From assembly GCA_964188305.1 (NCBI GenBank), contig OZ076900.1: DNA of 64,000 nucleotides, one strand, 5' to 3'. Of this stretch, positions 54,104 through 64,000 are shown one piece after another. The notes beneath the pieces were generated by a model that had not been told where the DNA came from, did no database searches, and worked only from the letters and a program-made list of their open reading frames with translations. This stretch comes from Podarcis bocagei (Eukaryota). A program made the position numbers and the translations under genes. Position 1 is the first letter of the stretch, and each line of letters begins with the position of its first letter.

Positions 54104-54563
54104 ATACTATACCGTGCCTGTTTATCCTGACAGGGACTCGATGTCTGTGTTGTTAACGAAAGTGCATACCTCTGTTCGTGCATAAATAAATATATTAAAT
54201 CTATTAAGTGTGTACATGTGTGTGTGTGTGTGTTCAGTTAAATATATTGTGCATATTTAATATTATTTAATTTAATAATAAATAATATCATTTACTTGTG
54301 TATATTAAATAATATTAACTACACTGCGTATTTACAATATGGAAATGTAATTCTGTGTGTGGCCCCCGGGCTCTGTGTTGAAGTACTCTTGCAGCCCACT
54401 TGGACTGAGAGGTTGGACCGCCCTGGCTAAGAACTTGGAGGGCTCCTCTCCCCACCCCCCACCCCCATCCTCAAGGTGGCGCCATGCAAGGTCTCAAGAG
54501 TTGTGTTGCTGGGCCAGGAAACTCCCATAAGAGCAGCCTCACAGAAAAGGGATGATAGCTTAC

Positions 54564-54670
54564 CTCCATCCATTTAGCTCCACGTCAAACGCTTCCACAG
54601 TGGTTACGTGGACAGTGCCGTCATAACCCCCGATGGCTAAGAGGTAACCATTGGCAGCAACCAGGCTCAC
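54564..54670 (-). CDS. KLHL20-like kelch protein exon (107 nt, phase 0-2)
   Basis: Encodes VSLVAANGYLLAIGGYDGTVHVTTVEAFDVELNGW(R); GAAG| acceptor, AG|GTAAGC donor. Confidence 0.92.
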
Positions 54671-54898
54671 CTTCGTTGTTAAAAGTAAATAGAGAATTCT
54701 CAGTTTTGGCACCACACACATAAATTTTCATGCAATGGCTGTGGAAGGCCTGCAGCTGAGTGGTGGAACAACTGCTTTGTGTGCAAAATGTTCCACGTTC
54801 AACATGTGGCATCTGCAGACGGAGTGGAAGAAAGACTCCTGTCTAGAACTCCAGTAAGCCGTTGTGTAGATAGTCAGGGTATTATTACTATTACTATT

Positions 54899-55209
54899 AA
54901 AGGTAAAGGGACCCCTGACCATTAGGTCCAGTCGTGGGGTTTATTGGCCGAGGGAGCCGGCGTACAGCCTCCAGGTCATGTGGCCAGCATGACTAACCCA
55001 CTTCTGAAGAACCAGAGCAGCGCAGAGAAACGCTGTTTACCTTCCCGCCAGAGCAGTACCTACGGTATTTATCTACTTGCACTTTGATGAGCTTTCGAAC
55101 TGCTAGCTTGGCAGGGGAAGGGACCGAGCAACAGAAGCTCACCCCGTCGCTCACTTCTGATTGGCAAGCCCTAGGCTCAGTGGTCTGATCCACAGTGCCA
55201 CCTGCATCC
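54899..55209 (-). mobile_element. Sauria SINE with deletions, in a kelch-gene intron
   Basis: Family sequence; ACTATTACTATT repeated on both flanks. Confidence 0.88.
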
Positions 55210-56039
55210 CACTATTACTATTTATTAAATGTGAATACCACCCTATAGCCACAGGTGGTTCACAAGATAAAATCACATTATAAAAACACAAAACACGTAA
55301 TGAAAATAAAAACCCAATAACCCCCCCCCCAACACATTTTAAATGGGTGTCAATCAGCCAAAGGCCTGGTTAAAAAAGAACATTTTTGCCTGGTGCCTAA
55401 AGGTGCATAACAAAGGCGCCAGATGAAACCCCTGGGGTAGACAATGCCTATTTAGATGGACCAGTGGCCTCAATTGGTATAAGGCAGATTCCTGTCATTT
55501 AAAGGGGAAGGGCCATAGCTCAGTGGTAGAGCAATAGAAGATCCCAGGTTAAGTCCCCAGCATCTCCATGTAGGGCTGAGAAGGACCCCTGTCTGAAATC
55601 CTCTGGCCACTGCCAGTCATTGCAGACATTATTGAGCCAAATGGACCAAGGGTCTGGCTCTGAGGAATGTTCCCATCTTCCTAACATTCTGTCATGGGTT
55701 GATCTAGTCATGAAACAAAGAGGCCAGATAAAAAATAAATAAAGCAGAGCTGCAAATATCATTTCAAGCAACAGTCTGATCCTATACCTATCTACAATAT
55801 AAATATAAATCCTATACATATATATTGAGTTCAGTGGGACTTGCTTACAGGTAGGTGAACACTGGGATGACAGCCTAAATAGATTGAGGGTTTAGGCCGC
55901 TATCCTAAACACACTCATCCCTCCATCCCTTAAGCACCCAGTAGATTGCTATGGTCTGCTAGAGAGTTTCTCCTACAAGTTCGGAAGGCGTTGAAAGAAG
56001 TTTAGATGTTACTGTGATGAGTTCCCACAACACTGATAC

Positions 56040-56248
56040 CTTGCTCCTTCTTGACTTCATGGGCGTGACAACAGACCATTCATTGGCAAGAGGATCAAAT
56101 CGCTCAACACTGCACAGCTCAGTGAGGTCATCTCTCCCACCAACCACATAGATATTGCCTTGAAAGGTAACGCAACCAAGGTTCTCTCGACAGGTCTTCA
56201 GGGGAGGGCAGGGAGTCCATCTGTCTTCCAGGGGGTTGTAGCGCTCCA
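56040..56248 (-). CDS. KLHL20-like kelch protein exon (209 nt, phase 1-0)
   Basis: Encodes VERYNPLEDRWTPCPPLKTCRENLGCVTFQGNIYVVGGRDDLTELCSVERFDPLANEWSVVTPMKSRRSK; GGRDDxTEL is characteristic of KLHL20. CCTCCAG| acceptor, AAG|GTATCA donor. Confidence 0.95.
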
Positions 56249-56428
56249 CTGGAGGAGGCAATAAAATTGGGACACAGGGTGCATTCAGGAATGGGAACTA
56301 TTGCATTAGTTTCCCTGTTTTCTCATGCTCCTTTGGCAGCCCAGTACCTCTTGTGTAATGGAACTGCGGCTTTTTGACTGGTGTGCCGGCATGCCATACT
56401 AAATACCATTCACACTTGTGGGCATGGT

Positions 56429-56654
56429 CACTGGCAGAGGAAGAGGAATGCGGGGGGAGTGCACCACCCCTGGCAGCGCGATCCCGGTGGGGTGCCATCA
56501 CAGCTGCCCCCCCCCCCGCCTGCACTGGACACCACGCCCCCAGGACGCATGTCACACCCCTGCGGGTGGTGCGCCCCACCCCCAGGATGTGCGCCCCACC
56601 CCGCCTGCTCTCCACCCCCTGCCCCCGGTGCCAGAACATGAAGTTCCACCACTG
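56429..56654. mobile_element. hAT-type MITE
   Basis: Perfect TSD GGCATGGT; ends CACTGGCAGAG / TTCCACCACTG; GC-rich interior. Confidence 0.78.
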
Positions 56655-56938
56655 GGCATGGTGTGACACAACAAACATCACTAGACAGCATTGCTACTCC
56701 CATTCCCTTTCCACATTTATGCTTCTGTTCTCCCATGGTTCCCCCATGAAAACAACAGGAAATAATTCTTGTCACTTCACTCCCAAATATTTTCCAGGTT
56801 AAGGAAGATGCAATTGAGGGGGAGGGCGCTTCCACTAGGCTCCACTAGATTTCTGGAAGTGGCTTTTATACCCCCAAAAAATAATGTGAAAATTAATATC
56901 TAGGGAAATGTCCATGTGAATGCAGCCACAGTCTAGAT

Positions 56939-57139
56939 CAGAGCTTTCAAAACTTTTTCATGTTGGTGACATACTGTTTAGACATGCATCATTTTGCAAT
57001 ACAGTAATTCACTTCTACTAGCAAACCGGAGGTTAAACTAACCCCTTTCCAGGAGGAGAGCAGGGAGCATTTGCATGGCACACCTACACACTACAGCTGA
57101 CACACTAACGTGTCATGACACACTGCTTGGAAAGCTCTG
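56939..57139. mobile_element. hAT (Charlie-like) MITE
   Basis: TIRs CAGAGCTTTC / GAAAGCTCTG; TSD GTCTAGAT / GTGTAGAT. Confidence 0.82.
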
Positions 57140-58128
57140 GTGTAGATATTCAAAGCTTCGCATTTGCTCCAGTGTGCATGTGGTGCTCTCTCCGGACTGG
57201 ATGTCGCCACTGACTTCAGCACTGGGGGCCAGTTAGGGATGAGAGAGAAATTAGACTCAGCTTACATTTGAAGGCAAACCTATATAATCCAGACTTTCTG
57301 AAACATTAGGCAAACACAGCTCTCCTTTGAAATTTGCATTTCTTTGGATTTTGCAATACCATGCTCCAGCCAAGCAGTGGTGTACCAAAATGCTTATGGT
57401 AGTATAAAGTGTGCTTTAAAAGGGTGCATATTTTTATGACAATAACATACAGAAAGTGTGTTTGGAGAAACCACTTGCAAGAATGTGTATATTAGGCAAA
57501 ATCGCACACACAAAATGTGTACATGCGGTGAAACTCAAACTTGAAATGCTGGTGAATTTTCATCTTTAAAAATAAAAATCACACACTCCCATGGAAATGC
57601 ATGGAACTGAATTAAGACTGGAAAAATGAGAACCTGAGAGAAACCAAAGTTGGCATATTTGCCAATTTGTACGCAACCAGTAGCAACAGCCACAGTTTAC
57701 ACTTGCTGATTCATGCTGGAGAAAAATAAATACAATTGCTTCTCACTGAGCTTCATGTTAATGCATGTGTTACTTTAAACCACATGAGGGCACTGTTTGT
57801 CTATTAGTCTAGCCAACACTTGGTTGCAATGTCTCTGTCTAAGTGAATTCTGCCCCTAAAAGCTGAGCCAGTTGGTTTTTTCTCTCTCCCAACATGTTGA
57901 GACAAGATGTCTATTTCTCTCTTTCACCTCTACTCATCCTGTAAATAGTTCTTGCCCAGATGAACCTTTTTCTGCATGAATAAAGCCTTTGAACTCCAGA
58001 AACTGTAAGGGATCGTTCCAATCTAATTCATCCAAGCTGCAATCTTTCCTAACAGTTGGAGGGTGTTTTTTTGGGGGGGGTTGCATCTCCTCTTCAGACT
58101 CCTGTCTACAACCAGAGCTTCTTGTTAC

Positions 58129-58262
58129 CTGAATGTAATGTAGAGTATCCATCAGATCCACCAACAGCATACAAGTAGCCATCCAGTACTGCCAAGCCTA
58201 GGCCCCTCCGGCAACGATTCATAGGTGCCATCTTGCGCCACCTGTTGAGTAGTGGATCATAT
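58129..58262 (-). CDS. KLHL20-like kelch protein exon (134 nt, phase 2-1)
   Basis: Encodes YDPLLNRWRKMAPMNRCRRGLGLAVLDGYLYAVGGSDGYSTLHS; TCTAG| acceptor, CAG|GTAAC donor; frame continuous with flanking exons. Confidence 0.93.
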
Positions 58263-58737
58263 CTAGAGACAAATTTACAATTGTGAGAATGCTTAGAGAC
58301 GATTGAACCAGTGTTTACTTCACTGGACGGAGAGTTCCAAAGGGCACAAAGGATGCAATGGAAAGAATAAGATGGATGCAAACAGAATATAATTTATTGA
58401 TATTGACTTATGCAAAGAAAGTACCTGTATATTTAAGAGAGTTAATATTATAAATGACTGTTGCCACTAGACTTGGTTATGCCATATACTGGAGATGGTC
58501 CAACATTCATGTTGTTAACTGGGAAGCACAGTTATATGAGTTGCATAAAGTATGTCAAAGGTTACTGAGTATTAACAAAGGTCCACAGAAGCAAAATTTG
58601 AGAGTTTGGAAACTTCCTGTAGCAGCCCCAAATATATGGGATTCCTTCCACACAGAGATGCATCTGGCATCTTCGTTGTATAGCTTTTGTCATATGTTGA
58701 AGATGACAAAGCCTTCTTTGACATTGTGTGTGTGTGT

Positions 58738-58783
<46 letters not shown>

Positions 58784-59138
58784 CCACCCTATTCTTCTGA
58801 TTACACATTTGAACTAATTTTAATATTGTATTTTTACACTGTTGTAACCTTATCTGAGGCTTTATGGTGAATTAAGAAATAACTACCAACCACCACATCA
58901 TAACAAAATGACAATAATGGTGCATTTCTAGACAACAGAGGAGCTTTTTAAAGTTTCTAGTGCATTAAAGCTCCTTTATAATATGGTTGGAGTTTATTTA
59001 ATGGTGTTAAATACATACTTACTAAACGTACATGCAGCTATATAGATTACCAAACTGGTTATATGAAATTAATCAATAAAGAAAAGGGACCATTAAATAA
59101 TTATTTGTATCAAATGTTCATAGTGTTCCATTTAATTA

Positions 59139-59265
59139 CCGTATTTTTTGCACCATGTGCGTGTTATGGAGGGAATGCCTACGGGTGGCATGCCTACGGA
59201 TTTTCCTCCTCTAAAAACTACGTGCGTGTTGTGATCGGGTGCGTGTTATAGAGCGAAAAATACGG
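59139..59265. mobile_element. Tc1/mariner (Tc2/pogo-like) MITE
   Basis: TA-CCGTATTTTTTGC ... GCGAAAAATACGG-TA. Confidence 0.8.
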
Positions 59266-59443
59266 TAATCGTTTCTTTTTAGGACTGATTCAGTATAAGT
59301 CCCACTGGAAAATCTCTATTCGAAAGGCAGGGTGGACACTGGTTTATCTTTTTAATGAAAACCAAATAAATGAACAAATGTACAAGAACAATCATCATCT
59401 TGCCATCATCACACCCAAAGGGCATCCATTGGATGCAGCTTAC

Positions 59444-59587
59444 CTCTCAGTGGTGTTGACGCATAGGAGCCCATCGTAGCCACCAACACAGTACAGGTAG
59501 CCTCCTAGCTCAGCCACGGCCGCATCCTGCTTGGGTTCACGAAGCGGCGCCACATCCCGCCTCCACTCGTTGATTTCAGGATCGTAC
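59444..59587 (-). CDS. KLHL20/diablo-like kelch protein, internal exon (144 nt, phase 2-2)
   Basis: Encodes YDPEINEWRRDVAPLREPKQDAAVAELGGYLYCVGGYDGLLCVNTTE(R), a kelch repeat with the W-x-x-DVAP feature of KLHL20/diablo. AAG| acceptor, AG|GTAAGC donor. Absent from the ORF track. Confidence 0.92.
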
Positions 59588-59764
59588 CTTCAGCAGCACA
59601 AGAAGGAAGATGAAACAGAGTTGCAGTATTGTTGTTCTTTATTTTACTTTCTTTATTGAAAAATAAAAAGTACAAAATTACAAGTGCACAGAGATAAGAT
59701 AAGACACACAAAAAAGAAGAAACAAGAAACAGTACCCGTGAAGACATATGTGGTGCTGTATCGT

Positions 59765-60080
59765 TCAAACTGATGAAATTCTTTCAACGGCATCTGAAGT
59801 ATTGATGTATTTAGAACCAAGTGCTACCCATCTTTGCAGAGGTGCTACGTAAGAGTATTCCAAGGATGCCCAATTTGGACAATTATTATCGGTTGCAGAT
59901 CTCCAGAACTGTGCACTTGACAGTAAATAGGCATGATGATATAGTTCTATATCTGGGATCCCAAATCCTCCTTCCTTTATTTTCTGCATGGATATTCCCG
60001 GGGTTTAAGACCCTCAAAGGCATTTTCTAAACAAAGATTTGATTCTTTGTATTTGCTAGAAATATATGGTTTGGAACAGA
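59765..60080 (-). mobile_element. L1/Tx1-clade LINE ORF2 fragment
   Basis: KEGGFGIPDIELYHHAYLL matches the post-RT GG(L/F)GxP..LYY motif of L1 ORF2. Confidence 0.7.
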
Positions 60081-60236
60081 GTTAGAAGCTGCTAAGGCAG
60101 ACCATAAAGGCCCACTAGGAGCAGGAGGGCAGAAGACAGAGATGTCCACAGAAGGTGGAGCTAATGACAACCACAGCCAATGAGAGACAGAGCCAGCCAA
60201 CTCTGGTTTTGTTTCTAAAATATACTAAGAGTTGAG

Positions 60237-60507
60237 TGTTGATTTCATGCTCTTTATTTCGGCTCATGGTAAACAGTGAGTGCTTTTCCCTAAAACCTCT
60301 GGCTATATATACATTATGTACACAATAGGTCCCATGTGATTGGCTGATTCAACTTCTGTCCTGGAGCCTGATTGGACTGCTTCTGCAGGCCAATCCAGTT
60401 GCTGATTCACTTCCTCTTGGAGCCTGATTGGGCTGTTCCTGCAGACCAATCAGGTTGCTGCCTTCCAGAATCCTAGCTGCCTATTGTTCTAGGATCCAAG
60501 CTTAGTA
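60237..60507 (-). mobile_element. Probable solo LTR with duplicated CCAAT module
   Basis: Minus-strand order CCAAT repeats, TATATA, AATAAA; approximately 58-bp internal duplication; TG...CA termini are restored when the Tigger-like MITE is removed. Confidence 0.55.
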
Positions 60508-60757
60508 CAGTAGAACCTCGACTTACCACCGCCCCTACTCATGAACAATTCGACTCGCGACTGTGACAAAGCTGGAAGTAAATACTGGGTTTGCCGCGAT
60601 TCACGCATGTGCAGAAGCAGCTTCTGCCATCGGCACATGAGCAGAATAGCACTGCCGCCAAATGCACACGCGCAGAATGGTGCTTCTACCAGCGACCCAG
60701 ATCGACTCACAAACGGACCTTCGGAATGGATTTCATATGTGAGTGGAGGTTCCACCG
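60508..60757. mobile_element. Tigger-like MITE inserted at the terminus of an LTR
   Basis: TA-CAGTAGAACCTCGACTTAC ... GTGAGTGGAGGTTCCACCG-TA. Confidence 0.75.
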
Positions 60758-60824
60758 TACATAATAGTTTCCATAGGAGTTCTACACAAGAAACACTGGA
60801 GCTAAAAGAGGTATAAGGGCAATA

Positions 60825-61028
60825 CAGTTGTACCTTGGGTTACATACGCTTCAGGTTACAGACTCCGCTAACCCAGAAATATTACCTCGGGTTAAGAACT
60901 TAGCTTCAGGATGAGAACAGAAATCGTGTGGTGGTGGCGGCAGCGGGAGGCCCCATTTGCTAAAGTGGTGCTTCAGGTTAAGAATGGACCTCCGGAACGA
61001 ATTAAGTACTTAACCCAAGGTATCACTG
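60825..61028 (+). mobile_element. Tigger/pogo-like MITE (TTAACC family)
   Basis: TA-CAGTTGTACCTTGGGTTA ... TAACCCAAGGTATCACTG-TA. Confidence 0.85.
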
Positions 61029-61884
61029 TAACCCACTGAACTAGCTATAAGTAAGGAGGTGGGCTGGCTATGGGCAAAGTGTGCTTGGTGGGGCTGGGTC
61101 TCGCTCAGATGAAGACTACTGACCCATGCCATGTAAGGACGTTCCAGTGCAATGCTAAGGCTAAGCAAGCGCCTCCATATAGCCAAGACCCTGACTTAGC
61201 AACCAGAGATAGCAACAAATTTTTTTTAACCCAGCTATCCTTCTGTCTTACATCACTGGACCCTGAGCTACCCTTGCAGTAAAGCAATCTCTTTTGGGAG
61301 ACAGGCAGCCTCCTGAAGCCAACCGCAGGCTGCAAATACAGCATGACGCATTACTGGCACCCCGCTGCCCACTCAATTAAGCATATATTTAGCTGTGGGA
61401 TTCCAGCCCTCCCTCCCTGGCAACACTTGCAAAATGAGCCAGAGGCACTGAGTTTGCCTTTAGCGAGAAATATCACATAGTAAATAGGTTGTCAAAGCCA
61501 TCAATCAGAGGAAGCAGTAATCACGTGGGTGGCTAAAGAGGCGCAGGGGAGGCCAAGGACGGCCTGTTTTGAAAAAACATTCATTCCACTGATGAGATGG
61601 ATGCTGCTGGCAAAACTCTGTTGCAACGAGGGAAAGGGTCCATATATTATTTCTCACCTGTTGCCTGGTGCCTTGACATCTCTATGCATATGTTTGCATG
61701 CATGTGTGCTGGACAGAAAAAACATCTGCTCCCTTCTCTTGAGATTTTCCATTTTAAAGCCACTTGAGAAGATCTGGCACCATTGGGGCAGGATTTGGGG
61801 GCAGAAATCCAGGACCCAGCTCAGGAGTAGGAGGGCCTCCAAAAGCAGCAGGACTGATTTGCCATGTTTCTAGGGAAGTGAGGT

Positions 61885-62087
61885 GATGCGGGTGGCGCTG
61901 TGGGTTAAACCACAGAGCCTAGGACTTGCCGATCCGAAGGTTGGCGGTTTGAATCCCTGCGATGGGGTGAGCTCCCATTGCTCGGTCCCAGCTCCTGCCA
62001 ACCTAGCAGTTCGAAAGCACGTCAAAGTGCAAGTAGATAAATAGGTACCTCTCTGGTGGGAAGGTAAACGGCGTTTCTGTGCGCTGC
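61885..62087 (+). mobile_element. Sauria SINE 5' half, fused to a truncated Tc1/mariner MITE
   Basis: Family head through GCGTTTCTGTGCGCTGC, then an abrupt switch to MITE sequence. Confidence 0.85.
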
Positions 62088-62088
62088 A

Positions 62089-62292
62089 GGTCTGGAGGTC
62101 CATTCTTAACCTGAAACTGTTCTTAACCTGAAGCACCACTTTAGCTAATGGGGCCTCCTGCTGCCGCCGCTGCACGATTTCTGTTCTCATCCTGAAGCAA
62201 AGTTCTTAACTTGAAGCACTATTTCTGGGTTAGCAGAGTCTGTAACCTGAAGCGTATGTAACCTGAAGCGCCTGTAACCCGAGGTACCACTG
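62089..62292 (-). mobile_element. Tigger/pogo-like MITE, one end missing
   Basis: Same family; intact end TAACCCGAGGTACCACTG-TA. Confidence 0.8.
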
Positions 62293-64000
62293 TAATATTT
62301 TTTTTTTAAAAAAAAACCATTTCTTTGTTAAACAGGCCTCCCCAAAGACAGAAAATATAACGGCAGTGGTTTATGAGGGGCAGGTCCTAGGAAATAAGGT
62401 CAGCCATGGTGCATGAAATCAGGTGAGAAATAGCTCGGGAGCAAGAGGAAAGTGATGGGCTCATTCTGAATCAGCTGGAGAGGGGAGAAAGATGTCAGCA
62501 GAGAAGGATTCTCAGCTTGGCCTCATTTCTATAAATGAGAGGTTGGAGTCTAACAGGGTTCATTAAACAGATATTTTTGTTCTTAAGCACCCAGCCACAG
62601 AAGCTCAGCTTTTCCACCCTGGGGGGCACGACCCAGCTACCCACCCTATGTTCCAAGCAAGCAAGAAACTGGTTTTTGATGAAGAAAGGCAGGTGAAGAA
62701 GTTCTCACTTGGCCCCTCCTTTTGACATCTTGGGGGGGGGAGGCATTCAAGTGAGGCTGAAAGTGAGCGAGTCCCCAAGGTTAGCCAAAAGGAACAGAAA
62801 ACAGAAGTGACTAAGGAGGAAATTGAAGAGATGGGGAGAAAAGGGCTGAACTCATGAGATGCAGCAGTGAAAATCAAAATACCAAAATACTCATTTGCCC
62901 CTGCAGACACCTGAGACACTTGTCATTAGAACCATGGCAGGTCACTTTACCCTCCCCCAGAGTATTTCCAGCTATACTGTGGGGATTTAAAGACATGATT
63001 TGGGATGCGGGATGAATTAAATTCAGTTTGCATTTAAAGGCTGTATCCCATTCAGTCCTACTCAGGAGTTGAACCACTGAAATTAAAGGATCTAAGTTTA
63101 TTGTTTCCATCATTTTCAGAGGGTGCACTCTGATTAGGACTAGTATTGACCAATCCCTAATTTGCAAAACAATATGCGAATGTCATAGAATCTTTCAGCA
63201 TTGGTATCTCAGCGCTTCCTCCAAGTCAGCATAGTGTAGATGCAATCTGGTGTAGTGGTTACAGTGTTGGACTAGGACCTAGGAGGCTAGGCTTCAAATC
63301 TCCACTCAGCCTATGAAGCTCACCAAGTGACCTTGGGGCAGTAGAACTCTCTCCCTATAACCCACTTCACAGGATTGTTGTGAGGACAAAATAGAGAGGA
63401 AAGGGGACCATGCATGCCTTCTTGAGTTCCTGGGGGGGGGGAGGTGGAATACAAAAGTAAGACATAATTAAATAAAAAAATAAATTAAATTACACTTTCC
63501 CTAAAGTCTTCAGGTTGGTACAGCAATTTCCCCCAGTTTATCCTCACAATAAGCTGAAAATTAAGCCACGTTGGCCTAGGATTACCCAGAAAGTTTCTTT
63601 CTCAACAGACAGGGATTATGAACTCTGGTCTAAGTTCAACACTCTGTTCAGTTTTTTGTGTTGTTTTTTTTAATAAGAAAAAGATTACACCAAAGTTGCT
63701 GCATTGCTAATGGTGCAACCATCTGGACCCTTCATGAAGGTAGTTATTTATGGCCAAGCCACCCTCCTTTCTGGAAAGTCAGTCCTATTTGTTCCTCCTG
63801 CTTAGGGTCATAGCTATTTTACAGTCCTTCAACGACTACTTTAGTCTCTTCTCATGTTTCTGATTGAGTAGCCCAGGCTGGATGGTTCAGATCTGCCAAA
63901 TTCTGAGAACTCAGCACTTGCACTAAGGATGCGATTGGTGTATCCATCGACCACTTTCAGATTATTGTTAAACCATCGTGGACTTGAAGGGAGCCTTAAA

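Noticed and set aside
52354-59587. Naming the kelch gene KLHL20 itself
   Set aside because: Far too divergent from the highly conserved orthologue and in a different gene neighbourhood; symbol left blank.
61654-61842. ORF ending HRDVKAPGNR (kinase catalytic-loop-like) at a strong phase-2 donor
   Set aside because: No other kinase motifs and no kelch similarity; most likely coincidence, although the donor is phase-compatible with the exon at 59587.

Overview
Eukaryotic, intron-rich genomic DNA from a squamate reptile, very probably a lacertid lizard (Podarcis-type Sauria SINEs, BovB/RTE, CR1, L2 and L1 LINE fragments, and many hAT and Tc1/mariner MITEs). It is not prokaryotic, and almost all ORFs in the supplied track are spurious or repeat-derived. 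Two spliced protein-coding genes lie in tandem on the minus strand. (1) The last five coding exons (59587..52354) of an intact but strongly diverged KLHL20/diablo-like BTB-kelch gene; its 5' part lies beyond the right edge. (2) The 5' end of KCNT1 (Slack, Na+-activated K+ channel): CpG-island exon 1 at 41546..41398 and exon 2 at 12016..11822, separated by a 29.4-kb intron; the gene runs off the left edge. The most notable observations are the divergent KLHL20 paralogue (possible retained ohnologue with a remodelled substrate pocket), two REST/RE1 motifs just downstream of KCNT1 exon 2, a phase-compatible candidate alternative KCNT1 first exon near 21.6-21.7 kb, and several nested transposon insertions with intact target-site duplications (TSDs). 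Comparisons with human proteins are from memory and need confirming by alignment. Repeat boundaries without TSDs are approximate.
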